From the human T2T-CHM13v2.0 reference genome, Homo sapiens, in the NCBI RefSeq assembly GCF_009914755.1, contig NC_060948.1: a stretch of 64,000 bases of DNA; one strand, written 5' to 3'. Position 1 is the first letter of the stretch. Each line of letters opens with the position of its first letter. Both the position numbers and the translations under genes were made by a program. Shown piece by piece: positions 12,216 through 26,472 of this stretch. The notes under the pieces were generated by a model, which ran no database searches, was not told the DNA's origin, and was given only the letters and a program-made list of their open reading frames with translations.

Positions 12216-15200
12216 CCTGGAATAAAGTGGAATGCTACGGTCTCGAATGGAATAAAAATGTATGGAATGGAATGCAATGAAACGGAATCGAATGTCATAG
12301 AATGTAATGCAATGCAAAAAAATGGAATCCAAAATCATTGACTGGAAAGGCTAGGTGTCGAAAGGAATTGACTCCAATGGAATGGAATCGAATGGAATGG
12401 AAGTGAATAGAATCGAACTAAATCGAATGGAATGGAATTGATAGGAACGGAATGGAAAGGAATGCAATGATTTGGCATGGAATGGAATCGAATGGCATCG
12501 AATGGAATGGAATGGAATGCAATGGAATGGAATGTATTAGAATGTAATGAACTTTAATGGAATGTACTCGAATGGATTCGACTGGAATGGAATGTTCTGG
12601 AAGTGAATGGACTCCAATGGAATGGATTCAAAAGGAATGGAATCGTACGGAATGGAATTAAATGGAAATTAATCAAATTGAATAGCACGGAATTGAATTG
12701 AATGGAATGGAATGCAATGGAATCTAATGAAACGGAAAGGAAAGGAATGGAATGGAATGGAATGGGCTGGAATGGAAAGGAATCGAAACGAATGGAATGG
12801 AATCGAACTGAAGAGACTGGAATGGAATGCACTGGAATGGAAGGGAGTGTAATGGAAGGTTCTCGAAAAAAATGGAATCGAATGGAATGGAATTGAATGG
12901 AACGGAATAGAGTCGAATGGAATTGAATGGAATGGAATGGACTAGAGTGAAATGGAATCGAACCACAAGGAATGGACAGGAATAGAATGGTCTCGAATTG
13001 AATGGAATCGTATGGAATGGCATCAAACGGAATGGAATGGACAGCCACGGAATGGAATGCACTCGAATGCAATGGAGTCGAAACTAATGGACTGGAATAG
13101 AATGGACTCGACTGGTACGGACTCCAATGGAATGGAATCGAATGGAAGGGAATCGAACGGAATGGACTCGAAGGGAAAAGACTGCAATGGAAAGGTCTCG
13201 AATGGAATGGAAATTAATGGAATGGAATGGAATCGAATGAAATGGAGTCAAAAGGAATGGAATCGAATGGCAAGAAATCGAATGTAATGGAATCGCAAGG
13301 AATTGATGTGAACGGAACGGAATGGAATGGAATCCAAAGGAATGGAATAGAATGGAATGCAATCGAATGGAAAGGACTCGAATGGAAATCACTCGAATAG
13401 AATGCAATTTAATAAAATAGGATCAAATGTAATGGAATGGAATGGAAAGGAATCGAAACGAAAGGAATGGAGACAGATGGAATGGAATGGAACAGAGAGC
13501 AATGGTATAGAATGGAATGGAATCATCTGGAATGGAATTGAATGGAATGGAATAATATGAAATGGAATGGAATGGAATGGAATGGAATGCCCTTGAATTA
13601 AATGGACTGGAATGGAATGGACTCGAACAGAGTGGAATGGAAAGTTTTGAGATACAATGGAATGGACTCCTTTGGAATGGTCTAGTATGCAATGCAATCG
13701 ACTGGCAGGGAATCAAAAGGAATGTAATCGAATGGATTGGACTGGAATGCAATGGACTCGAATAGATTGGAAACGGAATGCAAAGGAATGGAGTGGAATA
13801 GTATGGAATGGAATGGAAAGGAATGGAGTGGAATAGACTAGAGTGGAATGGAATGGACTGGAAAGCAATGGACTGGAATGGAACTTTCTTGAATGGACTG
13901 GAATCAAACGGAATGGAATGCAATGCAATCAAATGGCATGGAATAAAATAGAATGAAAGAGAATCAAATGGAATTGAATCGAATGGAATCGAATGGATTG
14001 GAAAGGAATAGAATGGAATGGAATGGAATTGACTCAAATGGAATGGACTAGAATGGAATGGATTCGAATGGAAGGCAAAGGAATGGAATCTTGGAATGGA
14101 CTGTAATGGAATGGAATGGAAGGGATTGGAATGGACTCGAATGGAATGGACTGCAATAGAAAGGATTCGAATGGAATGAAAAAGAATTGAATGGAATAGA
14201 ACAGAAAGGAATCAAATCGAATGAAATGGAATGGAATAGAAAGGAATGGAATGAAATGGAATGGAAAGGATTCGAATGGAATGCAATCGAGTGGAATGGA
14301 ATCGAACGGAATGGAATAAAATGGAAGAAAACTGGCAAGAAATGGAATCGAAATGAATGGAGTGTTATGGAACGGACTCAAAAGGAATTGAATGTAATAG
14401 AATGGAGTGGAGTGGACTCGAATATAATGGACTGGAATGGAATGAAATCACATGGAATGGGAACGAATGGAATGGAATGGAAAGGAATGGAATCGAATGG
14501 AAAGGAATCGAATGGAAGGGAATGAAATTGAATCAACAGGAATGGAAGGGAATAGAATAGACGGTAATGGAATGGACTCGAATAGAATGGACACGAATGC
14601 TCAAATTGAATGGACTCGAATGGAATGGAAACGAAAGGAATGTCATCGAATGGAATTGAATCGATTGGAATGAAATCGCATAGAATGGAGTGGAATCAAA
14701 TGGAATTGAATCGAAAGGAAAGGAAGCGAATGGACTGAAATGAAATGGAATGGAATTGAATGGAAAGTAATGCAATGGAATAGAATGGAACGAAATTTCA
14801 CGGAATGGAATCAAACTGAATGGAATCAAATCAATGGAATCAAATCAAATGGAATGGAAAGGAATTGAATGGAGTAGATTGGATTGGATGGGATTGGAAT
14901 GAAATGTACTGGAAAGGACTCGAATTTCATGAAACGGAATGGAATGAATTGGAACGGCATGGACTCGAATGGAATGGAATGTCATGGAATGGCATCAAAT
15001 GGAATGGCATCAAATGGAATGGAATCGAATGCAATGGAATGCTATGGAATGGAATGGAATGCATTGGAATGGAATGTCCTCTAATGGAATGGATTCGAGT
15101 GGAATGGAATCGAATATAATGGAGTCGAATGAAATGGAATTGAAAGGAGTGGGATCGAATACAATGGAATATACTGGAATGTAATGTAATGAACTCGAAT

Positions 15201-15782
15201 GTAATTGACTGGAATGGAATGTACATGAATGGAATGTAATCGAATGGAAAGTAATCCAATGGAATAGAATCTAATGCAATAAAACCGACTCAGATAGAGT
15301 AGAATGTAATGGAATGGAGTGCAGTGCAATGGAATGGAATGGAATGGAATGCAATGGAATGGAATGGAATGGAATGGAATGGAATGGAATGGAATGGAAT
15401 GGAATGGAATGGGATGGGATGGAATGGTATGGAATGGATAGTAATGGACTGGAGTGAAATGGACTGGAAAGGAATGGACTCAAATTGAAAGGGCTCGAAA
15501 GGAATGGAGTCAAATGGAATGGTCTGGAATGGAATGAACACGAATGTAATGCAACCCAATAGAATGGAATCGAATGGCATGGAATATAATGAAATGGAAT
15601 CGAAGAGAATGGAAACAAATGGAATGGAATTGAATGGAATGGAATTGAATGGAATGGGAACGAATGGAGTGAAATTGTATGCAGTAGAAGAGAATAGAAT
15701 GGAATGCAAGCGAAAGGAAAGGAATGGATTGGAATGGAATGGAATTCATTGGAATGGAAGGGAATGTAGTGTAATGGACAGG
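12216..15782 (+). repeat. DYZ1: DYZ1 unit 4 (3567 bp), A' triplet
   Basis: GGCC 12214 to 15781; same two deletions; longest pure (GGAAT)11 run at 15356-15410. Confidence 0.92.
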
Positions 15783-18700
15783 CCTGGAATAAAGTGGAAT
15801 GCTACGGTCTCGAATGGAATAAAAATGTATGGAATGGAATGCAATGAAACGGAATCGAATGTCATAGAATGTAATGGAATGCAAAAAAATGGAATCCAAA
15901 ATCATTGACTGGAAAGGCTGGGTGTCGAAAGGAATTGACTCCAATGGAATGGAATCGAATGGAATGGAAGTGAATAGAATCGAACTAAATCGAATGGAAT
16001 GGAATTGATAGGAACGGAATGGAAAGGAATGCAATGATTTGGCATGGAATGGAATCGAATGGCATCGAATGGAATGGAATGGAATGCAATGGAATGGAAT
16101 GTATTAGAATGTAATGAACTTTAATGGAATGTACTCGAATGGATTCGACTGGAATGGAATGTTCTGGAAGTGAATGGACTCCAATGGAATGGATTCAAAA
16201 GGAATGGAATCGTACGGAATGGAATTAAATGGAAATGAATCAAATTGAATAGCACGGAATTGAATTGAATGGAATGGAATGCAATGGAATCTAATGAAAC
16301 GGAAAGGAAAGGAATGGAATGGAATGGAATGGGCTGGAATGGAAAGGAATCGAAACGAATGGAATGGAATCGAACTGAAGAGACTGGAATGGAATGCACT
16401 GGAATGGAAGGGAGTGTAATGGAAGGTTCTCGAAAAAAATGGAATCGAATGGAATGGAATTGAATGGAACGGAATAGAGTCGAATGGAATTGAATGGAAT
16501 GGAATGGACTAGAGTGAAATGGAATCGAACCACAAGGAATGGACAGGAATAGAATGGTCTCGAATTGAATGGAATCGTATGGAATGGCATCAAACGGAAT
16601 GGAATGGACAGCCACGGAATGGAATGCACTCGAATGCAATGGAGTCGAAACTAATGGACTGGAATAGAATGGACTCGACTGGTACGGACTCCAATGGAAT
16701 GGAATCGAATGGAAGGGAATCGAACGGAATGGACTCGAAGGGAAAAGACTGCAATGGAAAGGTCTCGAATGGAATGGAAATTAATGGAATGGAATGGAAT
16801 CGAATGAAATGGAGTCAAAAGGAATGGAATCGAATGGCAAGAAATCGAATGTAATGGAATCGCAAGGAATTGATGTGAACGGAACGGAATGGAATGGAAT
16901 CCAAAGGAATGGAATAGAATGGAATGGAATCGAATGGAAAGGACTCGAATGGAAATCACTCGAATAGAATGCAATTTAATAAAATAGGATCAAATGTAAT
17001 GGAATGGAATGGAAAGGAATCGAAACGAAAGGAATGGAGACAGATGGAATGGAATGGAACAGAGAGCAATGGTATAGAATGGAATGGAATCATCTGGAAT
17101 GGAATTGAATGGAATGGAATAATATGAAATGGAATGGAATGGAATGGAACGGAATGCCCTTGAATTAAATGGACTGGAATGGAATGGACTCGAACAGAGT
17201 GGAATGGAAAGTGTTGAGATAGAATAGAATGGACTCCTTTGGAATGGTCTAGTATGCAATGCAATCGACTGGCAGGGAATCAAAAGGAATGTAATCGAAT
17301 GGATTGGACTGGAATGCAATGGACTCGAATAGATTGGAAACGGAATGCAAAGGAATGGAGTGGAATAGTATGGAATGGAATGGAAAGGAATGGAGTGGAA
17401 TAGACTAGAGTGGAATGGAATGGACTGGAAAGCAATGGACTGGAATGGAACTTTCTTGAATGGACTGGAATCAAACGGAATGGAATGCAATGCAATCAAA
17501 TGGCATGGAATAAAATAGAATGAAAGAGAATCAAATGGAATTGAATCGAATGGAATCGAATGGATTGGAAAGGAATAGAATGGAATGGAATGGAATTGAC
17601 TCAAATGGAATGGACTAGAATGGAATGGATTCGAATGGAAGGCAAAGGAATGGAATCTTGGAATGGACTGTAATGGAATGGAATGGAAGGGATTGGAATG
17701 GACTCGAATGGAATGGACTGCAATAGAAAGGATTGGAATGGAATGAAAAAGAATTGAATGGAATAGAACAGAATGGAATCAAATCGAATGAAATGGAATG
17801 GAATAGAAAGGAATGGAATGAAATGGAATGGAAAGGATTCGAATGGAATGCAATCGAGTGGAATGGAATCGAACGGAATGGAATAAAATGGAAGAAAACT
17901 GGCAAGAAATGGAATCGAAATGAATGGAGTGTTATGGAACGGACTCAAAAGGAATTGAATGTAATAGAATGGAGTGGAGTGGACTCGAATATAATGGACT
18001 GGAATGGAATGAAATCACATGGAATGGGAACGAATGGAATGGAATGGAAAGGAATGGAATCGAATGGAAAGGAATCGAATGGAAGGGAATGAAATTGAAT
18101 CAACAGGAATGGAAGGGAATAGAATAGACGGTAATGGAATGGACTCGAATAGAATGGACACGAATGCTCAAATTGAATGGACTCGAATGGAATGGAAACG
18201 AAAGGAATGTCATCGAATGGAATTGAATCGATTGGAATGAAATCGCATAGAATGGAGTGGAATCAAATGGAATTGAATCGAAAGGAAAGGAAGCGAATGG
18301 ACTGAAATGAAATGGAATGGAATTGAATGGAAAGTAATGCAATGGAATAGAATGGAACGAAATTTCACGGAATGGAATCAAACTGAATGGAATCAAATCA
18401 ATGGAATCAAATCAAATGGAATGGAAAGGAATTGAATGGAGTAGATTGGATTGGATGGGATTGGAATGAAATGTACTGGAAAGGACTCGAATTTCATGAA
18501 ACGGAATGGAATGAATTGGAACGGCATGGACTCGAATGGAATGGAATGTCATGGAATGGCATCAAATGGAATGGCATCAAATGGAATGGAATCGAATGCA
18601 ATGGAATGCTATGGAATGGAATGGAATGCATTGGAATGGAATGTCCTCTAATGGAATGGATTCGAGTGGAATGGAATCGAATATAATGGAGTCGAATGAA

Positions 18701-19344
18701 ATGGAATTGAAAGGAGTGGGATCGAATACAATGGAATATACTGGAATGTAATGTAATGAACTCGAATGTAATTGACTGGAATGGAATGTACATGAATGGA
18801 ATGTAATCGAATGGAAAGTAATCCAATGGAATAGAATCTAATGCAATAAAACCGACTCAGATAGAGTAGAATGTAATGGAATGGAGTGCAGTGCAATGGA
18901 ATGGAATGGAATGGAATGCAATGGAATGGAATGGAATGGAATGGAATGGAATGGAATGGAATGGAATGGAATGGGATGGGATGGAATGGTATGGAATGGA
19001 TAGTAATGGACTGGAGTGAAATGGACTGGAAAGGAATGGACTCAAATTGAAAGGGCTCGAAAGGAATGGAGTCAAATGGAATGGTCTGGAATGGAATGAA
19101 CACGAATGTAATGCAATCCAATAGAATGGAATCGAATGGCATGGAATATAAAGAAATGGAATCGAAGAGAATGGAAACAAATGGAATGGAATTGAATGGA
19201 ATGGAATTGAATGGAATGGGAACGAATGGAGTGAAATTGTATGCAGTAGAAGGGAATAGAATGGAATGCAAGCGAAAGGAAAGGAATGGGTTGGAATGGA
19301 ATGGAATTCATTGGAATGGAAGGGAATGTAGTGTAATGGACAGG
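15783..19344 (+). repeat. DYZ1: DYZ1 unit 5 (3562 bp), A' triplet
   Basis: GGCC 15781 to 19343; same two deletions. Confidence 0.92.
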
Positions 19345-22300
19345 CCTGGAATAAAGTGGAATGCTACGGTCTCGAATGGAATAAAAATGTATGGAATGGA
19401 ATGCAATGAAACGGAATCGAATGTCATAGAATGTAATGGAATGCAAAAAAATGGAATCCAAAATCATTGACTGGAAAGGCTGGGTGTCGAAAGGAATTGA
19501 CTCCAATGGAATGGAATCGAATGGAAAGGAAGTGAATAGAATCGAACTAAATCGAATGGAATGGAATTGATAGGAACGGAATGGAAAGGAATGCAATGAT
19601 TTGGCATGGAATGGAATCGAATGGCATCGAATGGAATGGAATGGAATGCAATGGAATGGAATGTATTAGAATGTAATGAACTTTAATGGAATGTACTCGA
19701 ATGGATTCGACTGGAATGGAATGTTCTGGAAGTGAATGGACTCCAATGGAATGGATTCAAAAGGAATGGAATCGTACGGAATGGAATCTAATGGAATGGA
19801 ATTAAATGGAAATGAATCAAATTGAATAGCACGGAATTGAATTGAATGGAATGGAATGCAATGGAATCTAATGAAACGGAAAGGAAAGGAATGGAATGGA
19901 ATGGAATGGGCTGGAATGGAAAGGAATCGAAACGAATGGAATGGAATCGAAGTGAAGAGACTGGAATGGAATGCACTGGAATGGAAGGGAGTGTAATGGA
20001 AGGTTCTCGAAAAAAATGGAATCGAATGGAATGGAATTGAATGGAACGGAATAGAGTCGAATGGAATTGAATGGAATGGAATGGACTAGAGTGAAATGGA
20101 ATCAAACCACAAGGAATGGACAGGAATAGAATGGTCTCGAATTGAATGGAATCGTATGGAATGGCATCAAACGGAATGGAATGGACAGCCACGGAATGGA
20201 ATGCACTCGAATGCAATGGAGTCGAAACTAATGGACTGGAATAGAATGGACTCGACTGGTACGGACTCCAATGGAATGGAATCGAATGGAAGGGAATCGA
20301 ACGGAATGGACTCGAAGGGAAAAGACTGCAATGGAAAGGTCTCGAATGGAATGGAAATTAATGGAATGGAATGGAATCGAATGAAATGGAGTCAAAAGGA
20401 ATGGAATCGAATGGCAAGAAATCGAATGTAATGGAATCGCAAGGAATTGATGTGAACGGAACGGAATGGAATGGAATCCAAAGGAATGGAATAGAATGGA
20501 ATGGAATCGAATGGAAAGGACTCGAATGGAAATCACTCGAATAGAATGCAATTTAATAAAATAGGATCAAATGTAATGGAATGGAATGGAAAGGAATCGA
20601 AACGAAAGGAATGGAGACAGATGGAATGGAATGGAACAGAGAGCAATGGTATAGAATGGAATGGAATCATCTGGAATGGAATTGAATGGAATGGAATAAT
20701 ATGAAATGGAATGGAATGGAATGGAATGGAATGCCCTTGAATTAAATGGACTGGAATGGAATGGACTCAAACAGAGTGGAATGGAAAGTGTGGAGATAGA
20801 ATGGAATGAAGTCCTTTGGAATGGTGTAGTATGCAATGCAATCGACTGGCAGGGAATCAAAAGGAATGTAATCGAATGGATTGGACTGGAATGCAATGGA
20901 CTCGAATAGATTGGAAACGGAATGCAAAGGAATGGAATGGAATAGTATGGAATGCAATGGAAGGGAATGGAGTGGAATAGACTAGAGTGGAATGGAATGG
21001 ACTGGAAAGCAATGGACTGGAATGGAACTTTCTTGGATGGACTGGAATCAAACGGAATGGAATGCAATGCAATCAAATGGCATGGAATAAAATAGAATGA
21101 AAGAGAATCAAATGGAATTGAATCGAATGGAATCGAATGGATTGGAAAGGAATAGAATGGAATGGAATGGAATGGACTCAAATGGAATGTACTAGAATGG
21201 AATGGATTCGAATGGAAGGCAAAGGAATGGAATCTATTGGAATGGACTGTAATGGAATGGAATGGAAGGGATTGGAATGGACTCGAATGGAATGGACTGC
21301 AATAGAAAGGATTCGAATGGAATGAAAAAGAATTGAATGGAATAGAACAGAATGGAATCAAATCGAATGAAATGGAATGGAATAGAAAGGAATGGAATGA
21401 AATGGAATGGAAAGGATTCGAATGGAATGCAATCGAATGGAATGGAATCGAACGGAATGGAATAAAATGGAAGAAAACTGGCAAGAAATGGAATCGAAAT
21501 GAATGGAGTGTTATGGAACGGACTCAAAAGGAATTGAATGTAATAGAATGGAGTGGAGTGGACTCGAATATAATGGACTGGAATGGAATGAAATCACATG
21601 GAATGGGAACGAATGGAATGGAATGGAAAGGAATGGAATCGAATGGAAAGGAATCGAATGGAAGGGAATGAAATTGAATCAACACGAATGGAAGGGAATA
21701 GAATAGACTGTAATGGAATGGACTCGAATAGAATGGACACGAATGCTCAAATTAAATGGACTCGAATGGAATGGAAACGAAAGGAATGTCATCGAATGGA
21801 ATTGAATCGATTGGAATGAAATCGCATAGAATGGGGTGGAATCAAATGGAATTGAATCGAAAGGAAAGGAAGCGAATGGACTGAAATGAAATGGAATGGA
21901 ATTGAATGGAAAGTAATGCAATGGAATAGAATGGAACGAAATTTCACGGAATGGAATCAAACTGAATGGAATCAAATCAATGGAATCAAATCAAATGGAA
22001 TGGAAAGGAATTGAATGGAGTAGATGGGATTGGATGGGATTGGAATGAAATGTACTGGAAAGGACTCGAATTTCATGAAACGGAATGGAATGAATTGGAA
22101 CGGAATGGACTCGAATGGAATGGAATGTCATGGGATGGCATCAAATGGAATGACATCAAATGGAATGGAATCGAATGCAATGGAATGCTATGGAATGGAA
22201 TGGAATGCATTGGAATGGAATGTCCGCTAATGGAATGGATTCGAGTGGAATGGAATTGAATATAATGGAGTCGAATGAAATGGAATTGAAAGGAATGGGA

Positions 22301-22893
22301 TCGAATACAATGGAATATACTGGAATGTAACGTAATGAACTCGAATGTAATTGACTGGAATGGAATGTACATGAATGGAATGTAATCGAATGGAAAGTAA
22401 TCCAATGGAATAGAATCTAATGCAATAAAATCGACTCAGATAGAGTAGAATGTAATGGAATGGAGTGCAGTGCAATGGAATGGAATGGAATGGAATGCAA
22501 TGGAATGGAATGGAATGGAATGGAATGGGATGGAATGGTATGGAATGGATAGTAATGGACTGGAGTGAAATGGACTGGAAAGGAATGGACTCAAATTGAA
22601 AGGTCTCGAAAGGAATGGAGTCAAATGGAATGGTCTGGAATGGAATGAACACGAATGTAATGCAACCCAATAGAATGGAATCGAATGGCATGGAATATAA
22701 AGAAATGGAATCGAAGAGAATGGAAACAAATGGAATGGAATTGAATGGAATGGAATTGAATGGAATGGGAACGAATGGAGTGAAATTGTATGCAGTAGAA
22801 GAGAATAGAATGGAATGCAAGCGAAAGGAAAGGAATGGATTGGAATGGAATGGAATTCATTGGAATGGAAGGGAATGTAGTGTAATGGACAGG
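19345..22893 (+). repeat. DYZ1: DYZ1 unit 6 (3549 bp), A/B junction unit
   Basis: GGCC 19343 to 22892; tcgcaagg (A) at ~20438, then B alleles from ~20769. Confidence 0.92.
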
Positions 22894-25800
22894 CCTGGAA
22901 TAAAGTGGAATGCTACGGTCTCGAATGGAATAAAAATGTATGGAATGGAATGCAATGAAACGGAATCGAATGTCATAGAATATAATGGAATGCAAAAAAA
23001 TGGAATCCAAAATCATTGACTGGAAAGGCTGGGTGTCGAAAGGAATTGACTCCAATGGAATGGAATCGAATGGAATGGAAGTGAATAGAATCGAACTAAA
23101 TCGAATGGAATGGAATTGATAGGAACGGAATGGAAAGGAATGCAATGATTTGGCATGGAATGGAATCGAATGGCATCGAATGGAATGGAATGGAATGCAA
23201 TGGAATGGAATGTATTAGAATGTAATGAACTTTAATGGAATGTACTCGAATGGATTCGACTGGAATGGAATGTTCTGGAAGTGAATGGACTCCAATGGAA
23301 TGGATTCAAAAGGAATGGAATCGTACGGAATGGAATCTAATGGAATGGAATTAAATGGAAATGAATCAAATTGAATAGCACGGAATTGAATTGAATGGAA
23401 TGGAATGCAATGGAATCTAATGAAACGGAAAGGAAAGGAATGGAATGGAATGGAATGGGCTGGAATGGAAAGGAATCGAAACGAATGGAATGGAATCGAA
23501 CTGAAGAGACTGGAATGGAATGCACTGGAATGGAAGGGAGTGTAATGGAAGGTTCTCGAAAAAAATGGAATCGAATGGAATGGAATTGAATGGAACGGAA
23601 TAGAGTCGAATGGAATTGAATGGAATGGAATGGACTAGAGTGAAATGGAATCGAACCACAAGGAATGGACAGGAATAGAATGGTCTCGAATTGAATGGAA
23701 TCGTATGGAATGGCATCAAACGGAATGGAATGGACAGCCACGGAATGGAATGCACTCGAATGCAATGGAGTCGAAACTAATGGACTGGAATAGAATGGAC
23801 TCGACTGGTACGGACTCCAATGGAATGGAATCGAATGGAAGGGAATCGAACGGAAGGGAATCGAACGGAATGGACTCGAAGGGAAAAGACTGCAATGGAA
23901 AGGTCTCGAATGGAATGGAAATTAATGGAATGGAATGGAATCGAATGAAATGGAGTCAAAAGGAATGGAATCGAATGGCAAGAAATCGAATGTAATGGAA
24001 TCGCCAGGAATTGATGTGAACGGAACGGAATGGAATGGAATCCAAAGGAATGGAATAGAATGGAATGGAATCGAATGGAAAGGACTCGAATGGAAATCAC
24101 TCGAATAGAATGCAATTTAATAAAATAGGATCAAATGTAATGGAATGGAATGGAAAGGAATCGAAACGAAAGGAATGGAGACAGATGGAATGGAATGGAA
24201 CAGAGAGCATTGGTATAGAATGGAATGGAATCATCTGGAATGGAATTGAATGGAATGGAATAATATGAAATGGAATGGAATGGAATGGAATGGAATGCCC
24301 TTGAATTAAATGGACTGGAATGGAATGGACTCAAACAGAGTGGAATGGAAAGTGTGGAGATAGAATGGAATGAACTCCTTTGGAATGGTGTAGTATGCAA
24401 TGCAATCGACTGGCAGGGAATCAAAAGGTATGTAATCGAATGGATTGGACTGGAATGCAAAGGACTCGAATAGATTGGAAACGGAATGCAAAGGAATGGA
24501 ATGGAATAGTATGGAATGCAATGGAAGGGAATGGAGTGGAATAGACTAGAGTGGAATGGAATGGACTGGAAAGCAATGGACTGGAATGGAACTTTCTTGG
24601 ATGGACTGGAATCAAACGGAATGGAATGCAGTGCAATCAAATGGCATGGAATAAAATAGAATGAAAGAGAATCAAATGGAATTGAATCGAATGGAATCGA
24701 ATGGATTGGAAAGGAATAGAATGGAATGGAATGGAATGGACTCAAATGGAATGGACTAGAATGGAATGGATTCGAATGGAAGGCAAAGGAATGGAATCTA
24801 TTGGAATGGACTGTAATGGAATGGAATGGAAGGGATTGGAATGGACTCGAATGGAATGGACTGCAATAGAAAGGATTCGAATGGAATGAAAAAGAATTGA
24901 ATGGAATAGAACAGAATGGAATCAAATCGAATGAAATGGAATGGAATAGAAAGGAATGGAATGAAATGGAATGGAAAGGATTCGAATGGAATGCAATCGA
25001 ATGGAATGGAATCGAACGGAATGGAATAAAATGGAAGAAAACTGGCAAGAAATGGAATCGAAATGAATGGAGTGTTATGGAACAGACTCAAAAGGAATTG
25101 AATGTAATAGAATGGAGTGGAGTGGACTCGAATATAATGGACTGGAATGGAATGAAATCACATGGAATGGGAACGAATGGAATGGAATGGAAAGGAATGG
25201 AATCGAATGGAAAGGAATCGAATGGAAGGGAATGAAATTGAATCAACACGAATGGAAGGGATTAGAATAGACTGTAATGGAATGGACTCGAATAGAATGG
25301 ACACGAATGCTCAAATTAAATGGACTCGAATGGAATGGAAACGAAAGGAATGTCATCGAATGGAATTGAATCGATTGGAATGAAATCGCATAGAATGGAG
25401 TGGAATCAAATGGAATTGAATCGAAAGGAAAGGAAGCGAATGGACTGAAATGAAATGGAATGGAATTGAATGGAAAGTAATGCAATGGAATAGAATGGAA
25501 CGAAATTTCACGGAATGGAATCAAACTGAATGGAATCAAATCAATGGAATCAAATCAAATGGAATGGAAAGGAATTGAATGGAGTAGATGGGATTGGATG
25601 GGATTGGAATGAAATGTACTGGAAAGGACTCGAATTTCATGAAACGGAATGGAATGAATTGGAACGGAATGGACTCGAATGGAATGGAATGTCATGGGAT
25701 GGCATCAAATGGAATGACATCAAATGGAATGGAATCGAATGCAATGGAATGCTATGGAATGGAATGGAATGCATTGGAATGGAATGTCCGCTAATGGAAT

Positions 25801-26472
25801 GGATTCGAGTGGAATGGAATTGAATATAATGGAGTCGAATGAAATGGAATTGAAAGGAATGGGATCGAATACAATGGAATATACTGGAATGTAACGTAAT
25901 GAACTCGAATGTAATTGACTGGAATGGAATGTACATGAATGGAATGTAATCGAATGGAAAGTAATCCAATGGAATAGAATCTAATGCAATAAAATCGACT
26001 CAGATAGAGTAGAATGTAATGGAATGGAGTGCAGTGCAATGGAATGGAATGGAATGGAATGCAATGGAATGGAATGGAATGGAATGGAATGGAATGGAAT
26101 GGAATGGGATGGAATGGTATGGAATGGATAGTAATGGACTGGAGTGAAATGGACTGGAAAGGAATGGACTCAAATTGAAAGGGCTCGAAAGGAATGGAGT
26201 CAAATGGAATGGTCTGGAATGGAATGAACACGAATGTAATGCAACCCAATAGAATGGAATCGAATGGCATGGAATATAATGAAATGGAATCGAAGAGAAT
26301 GGAAACAAATGGAATGGAATTGAATGGAATGGAATTGAATGGAATGGGAACGAATGGAGTGAAATTGTATGCAGTAGAAGAGAATAGAATGGAATGCAAG
26401 CGAAAGGAAAGGAATGGATTGGAATGGAATGGAATTCATTGGAATGGAAGGGAATGTAGTGTAATGGACAGG
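22894..26472 (+). repeat. DYZ1: DYZ1 unit 7 (3579 bp), subfamily B
   Basis: GGCC 22892 to 26471. Confidence 0.92.
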
